DNA of 63,650 nucleotides from Octopus bimaculoides (taxonomy: Eukaryota): NCBI RefSeq assembly GCF_001194135.2, contig NC_068985.1:36115616-36179265 (forward strand), written 5' to 3'. Below are positions 11,571-22,250 of the stretch, piece after piece (position 1 is the stretch's first letter; each line of letters starts with the position of its first letter). Both the position numbers and the translations under genes were made by a program. The notes beneath the pieces are model-generated. The model made no database searches and was not told the origin of the DNA. It was given only the letters and a program-made list of their open reading frames with translations.

Positions 11571-14253
11571 AAAAAGCATTAGTGCTACAATGCCTTGCAA
11601 TTTTTTCTTCTGGTTTTTCTGAATTCAAATTCTACTGAATTGCCTTTGATTTCTCTGAGTTTGATCAAATAAAGTACAAGTCAAGATCTGAGGCCAATAT
11701 GATCAACTAACTCCCTCTCCACCAAAATTTCAGGCCTTCTGCCAGTTTTAGAACTCAAAGTCCACTTTACTTTTCATCCGTTCAGGGTCAGTTGAACACT
11801 GGGGGTCAAGGTAATCTACTTAACCCCTTCCCAAATCTGCTGGCCATGTGCCAAAATTTGAAACTGTTATTATTATTACTATTATAATTATTAAAGGTGG
11901 TAAACTAGTGAAATCATTAGAGCACCAGAAAAAGTGCCTTGCAGCATTTGGTCTATCACTTTATGTTCTGAGTTCAAATTCCATCGAGGTCAACAATGCC
12001 TTTCATCCTTTTGGAGTCAGTGAAATAAGGTACAAGTCAAGTACTAAGATCAATGATAATAACTAACCTCTACTCTCAAATTGTTGGGTTGTGCCTAAAA
12101 CAGAATCCATTGTCACTTTTGTCATTATTGATGAATATTTGGGGCACTGGACAAAATGCCTTATGGTTTTTGTATGGCTCTTTATGTTCTGAGTTCAAAC
12201 CCTCCCAAGGTCAGCTTTGTTTTTCACCCTTCTGGAGGTCAATAAGATAAAATAGCAATCAAGCATTAGGGTCAATTTAATTGGCTAGCCCTTCTCCTCA
12301 AAATTACTAGTCTTGTGCTTAAATTAGAAGCAATTATTATTTTTGTAGTTTTTTTTTTTGCTTTGTTTTTCCAACAAAATAACAGAAATAGTAAAGCACT
12401 GGTATTTTGATTCTTTATCTTTTGAATTTATATCCTGCCTGTATGAACTTTGCCTTTTATCCCCTTCTGTCCCTACTTGGCTAACATGATCTTGAATAAA
12501 TTTAATGTAATTAAATTGGATTAATGTATAGTATACCAACAAAGTGTAATTTATTATTGGTTTTCAGTGTTTCTCAATGTTCAGAGATTCAAAAACTTTA
12601 AAAAAAACCCTACAAAGTATTTTCATAGATAATTAATTGCTGTGTCAGGAATGGAATCTTGAAAATATTTTAGTTTCTTTTAGCATTCTGATTTCTTCTC
12701 CTAGCAACACTCTCTATGGTTACTAAAATGCTTTTTCAACAGATAACACTTAAGAGATTTCATTTTTGAATCCAGTTCAGTTATAATAGCCATGCTAGCA
12801 GAAATTTTAGAGGATTTTTTACTGATCTTAGCAACAAAAGAATTTTATTTCCGTTCAATGGAAAGCAAAGACTTTTCAATGCTTTTGTATGCTTTTATTT
12901 TTATATATGTTGAAGATTGTTTAACTGCATGTCAGCCATTTAATATTGATTTGTAGAAGTAGAAGTGATTCAAATATACCCTGTGGAAATAACAGAATGA
13001 AATGACAAAACTATAACCAGCAGATTTGACATAACTTCTGCAGAAGAGATAGCATTAGAGCTCATGGAAATGACAAAATTAAAGCCAATGAGAACCAAAC
13101 AATAGTGTGTGGAAATGGCATAGCTTTTGACCATGGAAGGAGCACATCATTAAAATGACTAGCATAGGAACTGACTCAATTATAGAGTTTTAAAATGATG
13201 TGATTTTAGTATATGGAAATGACAGAAAGACAGTATATGGAAATGACTTAACTTTAGTGTGTAGAAGCAACACAGTTCTAACATGTAGATATGACACAAT
13301 AATAGATATGACACAATAATAGTTTATGTTAGTGATGCAATTGGAGTCTGTGGAAGTGACAGTTATTGGTTTTATATGTACCATATAAATCTGGAAACTT
13401 CAATTTTATTAAATGTTTAAATGTCTGAGGTAAGTTATTGATAAAATTATGATTTTTAAAATTATTAAATTCATGTTTGGAGATGAAAAGATTTTCCACT
13501 TTTCACATTTGCATTAAATTTCATTTGGTTTGATCTTTAATTGTCTTTAGGGACCTTATTATTGAATATGTAAAAGCACAGCCTGGATTTAAATTAGGAT
13601 TTCTTATTTCTAAATTGGGGTTGATGACATTTTTGTCCACATGAGTACATGCATCAGTAAACTAATGGATAAGAACTTTATGACTCTTAAATTAGAAATA
13701 AGCGTTCTTAGTTCAAATCCCATCTGGAACTACATACAAATGCAGAAAAAAAAGGCACTTAATGATGACTGAAGATTAAAATGACTGAAATGTAGTATGG
13801 GTGTAAATAATTAAATGATATCTTTTAACTCTAAACATGAAAGTATTCTATTGTTTTTAAACTTTACGAATAATTTTTAGACATACCAGAAGCTTGACAA
13901 TTTTCAAGTACAGGTTTATATTGGATCTAATACTTAATAGCAATCATAGCTATTAAATGGATTTCTAGTTGGGTTGGCTGAAGCAAGAAAAATGGTTCAC
14001 GGTTTCTTTACTAAAAAGGGGATTTTTATATCTCAATCACAGAGAAAGGGTAGCACCAATCATCTCTTGCAGAACCTTCATGACAGGTAGAGAAAATGAA
14101 GGAACAACTGCAACTCATTAGTTGTTTGTTTAGGCCCAGCTCAACTAAGATTGAGCAGAGCTCTGATTAAAGACATTTCAGATATGGCCATCTCATATTT
14201 TATTCAGACAGTGTGTTCTGTAGCATATTAGCCACTGTATCCTTCTTGCCTGT

Positions 14254-15433
14254 TGTAGGGAATTAGTAATAATGGTACACCCCTCCCATGTGACAAATGG
14301 AATAACCTAGTCACTATAAGTAAAGAGAAGTACGTAATTTACCAGAGTACATAGTAGGCAGTCAGAGATAATCATGTCTTTACTGGTTTTCCTGAATATA
14401 CTGTGACTGAAGTGGGTGTTATAACAATCCAACATTTTAAGGATTACAACAGTGGTGACAAGGATTTAAACAACTCACGAGGAATTAATAAACTCAATGA
14501 GGATTTAAACAACTCACGAGGAATTAATAAACTTGACAAGGAAATAATAAACTCAACAAAGATAAACCAATTCATGTAGAGTTAATAGAAACTTGAAGAG
14601 GAGTTAATAAACTCACAAAGTTGATGTACAAATTTTACAAAAAAATCTTTTGGAAAATTTGTTGGCAGGCTTGCTCGAATTGCAAAAGTTGATGAAAAGG
14701 TGTATATGAGGGCATACAAGAATAGAAAGCAGAGTTGGGAGGATGGTGTAATTACCAAATGCATAGGTAAAATGATGTATTGGGTAAAAAGTAGAAATGG
14801 CAAACAAAAGAGATACAGGAGCAAACTGTAAAAGAGATTCGTGAAAAGCAAATCAAAGAAGTTGGAGGAACCAATGGAATGGTTGTACAATATGTTCCAA
14901 GTACCAACACCAGTGTAAGTGATTATACCCAGGCATACAAGTGAGAGGAAAAGAAAACATACAGAGTTCCTGAAAATATGTGCCAAGTGCAAAAAATATT
15001 AAATTGTATGAAAAAAAAAGAAAAATCAAAAAAGGGAGGTGGGGTAAATAAAAAAAATTATTGATAAATAAAATGACACTTCCTAAGAAAAACTTAAAAG
15101 GGAAGATGTAGTAATTAGTGATTAGTAATAATGATACACCCCTGACGAATAATGGTACACCCACATGTTTAATGTGGGTGTGCCATTTAATGTGGTACAC
15201 CCACATGTTTAATGACAAATAATGGTACACCCACATTATTACTACAATGGTAGTAATAATGGTACACCCACATGACAAATGGACTAACCTAGTCACTATA
15301 AGTAAAGAGAAGTACGTGAAGTACCAGAGTACATAGTAGGCAGTCAGATATAATTGTGTCTTTACTGGTTTTACTAAGTATACTGTGTACCAAAGTGGGC
15401 ATTATAACAATCCAACATTTTAAGGATATAACA
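14254..15433 (+). mobile_element. Internally deleted Ty3/Gypsy LTR element (TRIM-like), 1180 bp
   Basis: 5' LTR 14254-14451 (TG..CA); PBS TGGTGACAAGGAT 14453-65; integrase C-terminal remnant (VYMRAYKNRKQSWEDGVITKCIGKMMYWVK); PPT AAAAGGGAAGA 15096-15106; 3' LTR 15107-15433 (TG..CA). Flanks CTGT/CTAT are a possible degenerate 4-bp TSD. Confidence 0.85.
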
Positions 15434-16379
15434 CTATGTTTAAAACTTTAACTACTACTCCTTGCACAATGAGTGACTACCTACAAGATACTCTGTTGGC
15501 TCACCACTACACACTACTAAAAATAAGTAAAGGTAATCTTTTTGTTAGGTTTGCCATGTTGAAAGCTCCATATGCCATAGGTTGCCTATGACTGATATAA
15601 ATAGAGTAGGAGTGGTACCATCTAGCTAGCGTTCCCAAAAGCACTACATGTACTGGAAGTTTTTAGTTGTGACCCTATGCTCTTGTGTGTAATAAGACTC
15701 ATCATAACTGAAATAAAGTTGATGAATGAATTCCTTTTACTTTTTTTAATTTAAATTTTTGGATAATTGGATTTTGGTTCATTGTTTTACTCTCACCGTC
15801 AATCTAGAATGTTTACATTTCAAGACTTATCATTTGTTGATCTACATTTATCTAACATCAGAAAAATGGATTCTTATTTATTCTAATTTCTTATATATTT
15901 GTGTGTTCTCATATATTTGTGTGTTCTCATTCTACAGCCAGACACATTCCTTTTATCAAATACTCAATTCTCAATTATACATGTTTACCAAGTTGACTGA
16001 AGCAGTCAGAGTTATGTGCCATTTTTAAAAGCACAATGTAGTGGCAATTGATAAATTTGAATTCCTGATCACTGTTACTGGTCTTCAACTATTTGTTGTT
16101 TAAAAACTGCAATAGTGTTTCCATTGATATTTGTTGAGTCAATATTATATGATAATCCTAAGGTAGGAAATGACTGGGTATACAAAATAAAGTAATTTGG
16201 CAGCATATCTAATAAAAATAGAGACAATACTGTATTTATAATAGTGTCAGTTAAGATAATTCTGTCCTTAGAAAGACAAAATAAATTCAGTACCCAAATG
16301 TTGAGTTTTTAATTAAAAGGATTGAAAGTAACTTCTAGTAAATCCAAGAAAATCGCCACTATTTAACAGTGACATAATG

Positions 16380-16593
16380 ATTTCAAATTTTGGTACAAGG
16401 TCAGCTATTTCAGAAGAGGTGATAAGTTAATTACATCAACACCAGTCCTTAGCTGGTACTTATTTTATCAACCCCTGAAAGGATGAAAAGTAAATTCAAC
16501 CGCAGCAGCATCTGAACTCAGAACATAAAGATGAACAAAATGCTGCTAAATATTTTGTCTGGCATGCTAATGATTCTGCCAGCTCACTGCCTT
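16380..16593 (-). mobile_element. ATT-tailed SINE (family A)
   Basis: Reverse complement begins GGCAGTGAGCTGGCAGAATCATTAGCATG and ends CCTTGTACCAAAATTTGAAA. Confidence 0.8.
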
Positions 16594-17199
16594 AATTAGC
16601 AATAACACATTAGCCAAGAGAAAGCTACAGTTGGAAGTGTTGGTAGAATCTAAGCTTACTATCTAATATGGTAATGATGCATATCTTATCCTCAGCAGTC
16701 CACTGTTTCTCTTAATGCTACAATACTTTTAGATGTAAAATGTCACTGTTGTTGTGAAAGGGTGTGTTTGACTACAGCAGATTGCTATAGATGGTAAGAG
16801 CACTTTTTAATTGAGAAATATTTTGTTAGTGATAAACCTAAATCCTTCTGTTTGTCCTGATGACAGCAACGCCAAAGTATTCCAGTATATCCTCACTTGA
16901 CTCTCTGCTTGATAATGGAGTATCCTCTTTACTCTGATGACAAAATATTTATGCTAAGCAATAGTTAGTAAGACATTCACTATAATTATGCGGAATAGTG
17001 AGTGTTTGGATATAAAATATCCAATAAGCGGGTGTTTGATTCTTGTATCTATGCATGTATCAGTATATATATTCAATTCTACTGGGATAATTGTTCATCG
17101 CATAAGTGAAGATTTATGTATTTATATATTTCTTCTGTTTCTCCAGTAACAAGCTCTGATAGTCGTCTTGTAAAAACATAGATGATTTTAATGTTTGTA

Positions 17200-17208
17200 T
17201 ACATCATC

Positions 17209-17267
<59 letters not shown>

Positions 17268-18552
17268 TTAATGTCTGTTTCCATTTGGATGGTTTGACAG
17301 AAGCTATCAAGGTCAGGAGCCACATTAGGCTGCATTGTTTTGGCATCATTTCTATTGTTGGATACCCTTCCTAACACCAACTGCTTCATAGTGTGCTAGG
17401 TGCTTTTTACATGGCACCAGCATGGGTGCCTTTTATGTGGTACCAGAACCAATACTTTTTACAGGGTACCAGCACTGGAACTATTTATGTGGAACCAGCA
17501 CTGACAGAGTCACCAAGTGCCTTGCAAGACAAAAAAGGCAAAACCCCCATCAACTGAGAGGAGGGAGTAGTATTGGTGGGGTGGCTTTGTTCTATTTGAG
17601 AGATTAAACATATGGAGGGGCAAGAATAAGTGTTTTATTGTAGATGCATGGTACACCAGTTGGAAAGCAGAGAAGAGTGAATTAGAGAGTAAGTAAGGAG
17701 AGTGATAGTGAGAGAGCTGAAGAGGAAAATGTGTCAAGACATACCTCCTAGGGACTTTGGGGTTGGTGAGAACAGGTGAAGCAATACAGACGTTTGGACT
17801 GGATGAGTGGACAGGATAGAGGCCACAGTGATAAATGATGGGGAGAAACCTAGAAGAGGTTTGGTGGGTGTAGGTTGTGGTAGATATGTGGAGGTATTGA
17901 GGGTGATAGCACATAAGTGAGGTGTTAATGATGGGAAACAGCCCAGGAGAGGGAAGAAGGTGCAGAAAGGAGGTGATTGGTGTAGACAGTTGACAGGGAG
18001 GAAGATAATGGGGAAAATGAAGTGGTTTGGGATGGGGAAGAAAAGTAACTGAGAAAGCAGGGGAATATAGTATGTGCTTATTTTGCTCTCAGGTGATAGA
18101 GAAGTGATGGATGTTAAACACTGAAACATGGTGGGGAAAGGCTGATGGGGAAGAGAGAATGGAAGTGGGAGTGGGGCAGAGCCCTTCATGGATAAGCATT
18201 ACTAAGGTGATTTTAGGGTATCAATTCTGCTGTGATGGCCAGTACTTTTTGAGTATTGTAAGGCACCAGATATCTTAGTCTTTTGTTGTCTTCTTCATAA
18301 GGCTCATAAGGTCTTGAGATCAGCCTTCCCATGTTTTCCTGAGTCTCGCTCCTCCACAAGTTCCATCCACTTTAATAAGTGATCAATACTTCTTTACGCA
18401 ACTTTCCTCATCCGTATGCATCACATGATCAAACCAGTACAGTCCTCCCTCTGCATCTAATTCCTCTAACTCTTATCTCAATACACTAACGCTGTGTTGC
18501 ACATGTAGACTGACATTACATATTCAGTAGAGCGTACTAGCTTCATTCCTCT
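17200..18552 (-). mobile_element. RTE LINE 3' fragment with long (GAT)n tail and TC-rich UTR insert
   Basis: (CAT)n 17200-17266, shared RTE tail motif, and an RT C-terminal remnant at about 18255-18552 homologous to 27381-27680. Confidence 0.75.
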
Positions 18553-18947
18553 CTAATCATATACATATATATTCTTGTCTAATCATATATTTATATATAT
18601 ATTATCACTGTGGAACATGACTTTTGTCTTTGGGCAGCAAACATTATTTCCTATTTGTTTACTGCTGGAAATTATGAAAAATAGCTAATATTTTCTTCAA
18701 ACTTTGCTTTTTTACATTTATTCAAACCCCAAAGAATCCCTCTCAAGACATAGCTATGATGTTCCCCCACTACTCCTGCTCATGATCAAAGATGCATATT
18801 GTCAGCCACTAAGGGACACGCTCAAGTGGTTACGGTCAAGCAACTGACATGTAAATCTATGGTATGACAGAATATTTGCTATAATGATATTTCTGCTTCA
18901 GCAACTCAGCACTGAGTCTGTCTGAAATGTAATGTGTGTGTGTGTGA

Positions 18948-19210
18948 GAAGGCACGTGCCCTAGTGGTTAGGCTGTTGGAATCACGATCACTAGATCGAG
19001 GGTTCGATTTCCTGACTGGGTGCTGTGTTGTGTTCTTGAGCAAAACACTTCATTTCATGTTGCTCCAGTCCCCCTTTCAGTCTGTGGGGAAAGGTTGGCC
19101 TACTTGCCTAGCTAGCGGGGTGGTATCATTTGAATGCTAAAACAATGAAAAAGGTGCATTGTGGCCAGTGATGTGTAACAACATTTGATAGCCTGATGGG
19201 TCACATGATC
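18948..19210 (+). mobile_element. tRNA-derived SINE (family C)
   Basis: CTAGTGGTTAGG A-box, GGTTCGATTTCC B-box, TTCTTGAGCAAAACACTTCATTTC central block. Confidence 0.75.
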
Positions 19211-19252
19211 ATATGTGTGATGTGTATGTATATATGTATGTATATATATGTA

Positions 19253-19283
<31 letters not shown>

Positions 19284-19285
19284 TA

Positions 19286-19496
19286 TTCATTTAAAATATA
19301 GAGATGCCTATAATAGGACATCTACCCACTAGAAAGAGCAGCAAAAAACTCTATACCACAAAAATAGGGATAATTTCGAAAGAGAATGAAAAATAAAAAC
19401 ATTTTTACCTGTCTATACTCTGTACCATGGTTTCAAGCTATTTAGCAAGATAAAAGTATATCTAAATCGGGAGCTTTCGTCAGCAGAGTGCCGGAT
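19286..19496 (-). mobile_element. Probable Penelope-like pseudo-LTR or retrozyme fragment carrying the ribozyme
   Basis: About 210 bp of non-repetitive sequence between a (TA)n tract and an 872-N gap, containing the hammerhead. Family assignment is inferred from the ribozyme type; no coding sequence visible. Confidence 0.5.
19417..19489 (-). ncRNA. Type I hammerhead ribozyme, minimal Penelope/retrozyme-like architecture
   Basis: Minus strand 5'-ACUCUG CUGACGA AAGCU cccg AUUUAG (16 nt) CUAAAU AGCUU GAAA CCAUGG UA|CAGAGU-3'. All core nucleotides present; stem I 6/6 bp, stem II 5+6 bp, short stem III with palindromic CCAUGG, GUA cleavage triplet. Confidence 0.88.
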
Positions 19497-20431
19497 NNNN
19501 NNNNNNNNNNNNNNNNNNNNNNNNNNNNNNNNNNNNNNNNNNNNNNNNNNNNNNNNNNNNNNNNNNNNNNNNNNNNNNNNNNNNNNNNNNNNNNNNNNNN
19601 NNNNNNNNNNNNNNNNNNNNNNNNNNNNNNNNNNNNNNNNNNNNNNNNNNNNNNNNNNNNNNNNNNNNNNNNNNNNNNNNNNNNNNNNNNNNNNNNNNNN
19701 NNNNNNNNNNNNNNNNNNNNNNNNNNNNNNNNNNNNNNNNNNNNNNNNNNNNNNNNNNNNNNNNNNNNNNNNNNNNNNNNNNNNNNNNNNNNNNNNNNNN
19801 NNNNNNNNNNNNNNNNNNNNNNNNNNNNNNNNNNNNNNNNNNNNNNNNNNNNNNNNNNNNNNNNNNNNNNNNNNNNNNNNNNNNNNNNNNNNNNNNNNNN
19901 NNNNNNNNNNNNNNNNNNNNNNNNNNNNNNNNNNNNNNNNNNNNNNNNNNNNNNNNNNNNNNNNNNNNNNNNNNNNNNNNNNNNNNNNNNNNNNNNNNNN
20001 NNNNNNNNNNNNNNNNNNNNNNNNNNNNNNNNNNNNNNNNNNNNNNNNNNNNNNNNNNNNNNNNNNNNNNNNNNNNNNNNNNNNNNNNNNNNNNNNNNNN
20101 NNNNNNNNNNNNNNNNNNNNNNNNNNNNNNNNNNNNNNNNNNNNNNNNNNNNNNNNNNNNNNNNNNNNNNNNNNNNNNNNNNNNNNNNNNNNNNNNNNNN
20201 NNNNNNNNNNNNNNNNNNNNNNNNNNNNNNNNNNNNNNNNNNNNNNNNNNNNNNNNNNNNNNNNNNNNNNNNNNNNNNNNNNNNNNNNNNNNNNNNNNNN
20301 NNNNNNNNNNNNNNNNNNNNNNNNNNNNNNNNNNNNNNNNNNNNNNNNNNNNNNNNNNNNNNNNNNNNGTATTATTTATATATATATACATAAGTATATA
20401 CATAAGTATATAAGTATATACATGTATATAT

Positions 20432-20848
20432 GCATGAGTGGCTGTGTGGTAAGTAGTTTGCTTACTGACCACATGGTTCTGGGTTCAGTCCCACTGCGTG
20501 GCACCTTGGACAAGTGTCTTCTACTCTAGCCTTGGGCCGACCAAAGCCTTGTAAGTGGATTTGGTAGACGGAAACTGAAAGAAGTCCGTCGTATATATGT
20601 ATATGTATATATATATGTGTGTGTGTTTGTTTGTGTGTCTGTGTTTGTCCCCTCCAACATCGCTTGATAACCGATGCTGGTGTGTTTACATCCCCGTAAC
20701 TTAACTGTTCAGCAAAAGAGTCCGATAGAGTAAGTACTAGGATTACAAAGAATAAATCCTGGGGTCGATTTGCTCAACTAAAGGCGGTGCTCCAGCATGG
20801 CCATAGTCAAATGACTGACACAAGTAAAAGATTAAAGAGAGCAAAGAG
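20432..20848 (+). mobile_element. tRNA-derived SINE (family B), near full length
   Basis: High identity to 32716-33120 (GAGTGGCTGTGTGGTAAGTAG..GGCACCTTGGACAAGTGTCTT..internal TA/TG tract..CAAGTAAAAGA). Confidence 0.9.
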
Positions 20849-21243
20849 TATATACACACATGCACACACACACAATGGGCTTCTACACCATTTCTGTCTA
20901 CCAAATTCAGTCACAAAGCATTAGTTGGCCTGGGCTACTGGGCTATGGTAGATGACACTTACCTAAGGTGCTGTGCAGTGGGACCAATGATTTCAAGGTG
21001 AGTTTCTTAACCACATGACCATACTAACATATATATATGAGAAACTAGCCAAGGTAACTAGATCAGAGAGTTTTTGTATAATTCTTGGAATTATTTGGTC
21101 AGACATCAATGAAATACAATTTGTGACTGTTTCCTCTCAATTTATGTTAATATGGAAAAACATAGGATGATGGTGTTGATGATGCCATCACCACCAATAA
21201 TGAGTGACACTTGTGTCATTATTATGTATGTGTATATATGTAA

Positions 21244-21294
<51 letters not shown>

Positions 21295-21444
21295 AATATG
21301 AAAATATATATGTGTATAAATAAGTATATATATATGTGTGTGTGTGTGTTTGTGTGTGTATATAAGTATATATGTGTGTGTAAGAAATAGGAAGTAGTTG
21401 GTACAATAATATATATTTTTTTTAAATGAATAGAAATTGCTTCT

Positions 21445-21617
21445 CTGATAATTTTTCCACTTTAATGATTAGATGTTTACAAAAGGTGGTGACTCTGATT
21501 GGAGTTTCTTGCTTGAAAGTAGCCTTCAAACTATTTAAAGACTGCTTTCAAGTGAGAAACTCCAATCAGTCACCACCTTGTGTAAACATCTAATTATTAA
21601 AGTGGAGAAATTATCAG
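21445..21617. repeat. Foldback inverted repeat, about 73-bp arms (MITE-like)
   Basis: 21445-21519 versus the reverse complement of 21545-21617: about 5 substitutions and one 2-nt indel. Confidence 0.9.
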
Positions 21618-21636
21618 TAAAGTCATTTTTTAAAGG

Positions 21637-21776
21637 ATAGTGGCTGTGTGGTAAATAGCTTACTTACCAACTATAAGGTCCTACTGCATGGCACCTTGGG
21701 TAAGTGTCTTCTACTATAGCCTCAGGCCGACCAAAGCCTTGTGAGTGGATTTTGTAGACAAAAACTGAAAAAAGCC

Positions 21777-21824
<48 letters not shown>

Positions 21825-21882
21825 TTGTGTGTCTGTGTTTGTCCCCTCACCATCGCCTGACAACCGATGTTCGGGTGTTTAC
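21637..21882 (+). mobile_element. SINE family B, truncated by gap
   Basis: Same head and central block as the 20432 and 32716 copies. Confidence 0.85.
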
Positions 21883-22250
21883 NNNNNNNNNNNNNNNNNN
21901 NNNNNNNNNNNNNNNNNNNNNNNNNNNNNNNNNNNNNNNNNNNNNNNNNNNNNNNNNNNNNNNNNNNNNNNNNNNNNNNNNNNNNNNNNNNNNNNNNNNN
22001 NNNNNNNNNNNNNNNNNNNNNNNNNNNNNNNNNNNNNNNNNNNNNNNNNNNNNNNNNNNNNNNNNNNNNNNNNNNNNNNNNNNNNNNNNNNNNNNNNNNN
22101 NNNNNNNNNNNNNNNNNNNNNNNNNNNNNNNNNNNNNNNNNNNNNNNAGAGTAAAACTAAAATGTTATTCATGATAAAATTATTTTAGCATTTTCTACCT
22201 TGTTTTATTTTCCTTACACACACACACACGCACGCACGCACGCACACACA

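Larger units (their letters stand above)
9301..12345 (+). mobile_element. Head-to-tail cluster of about 7 ATT-tailed SINEs (family A) with interleaved repeats
   Basis: Copies near 9301, 10155, 10837, 11575, 11755, 11894 and 12130 share GAGTTCAAATT..CTTTCATCC..AATAAGTAC..CTGGGGTCAAT..CCTTGTGCC and mostly end in (ATT)n. Confidence 0.85.

Noticed and set aside
14461-15265. CRISPR-like repeat/spacer appearance
   Set aside because: Eukaryotic LTR context, no unique spacers of regular length and no cas genes.
14582-15296. 136-aa and 147-aa minus-strand ORFs
   Set aside because: Antisense to the A-rich LTR element interior; no recognisable domain.
17510-18189. Pro/Leu/Phe-rich minus-strand ORFs
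   Set aside because: Translation of a TC-rich low-complexity RTE UTR segment.
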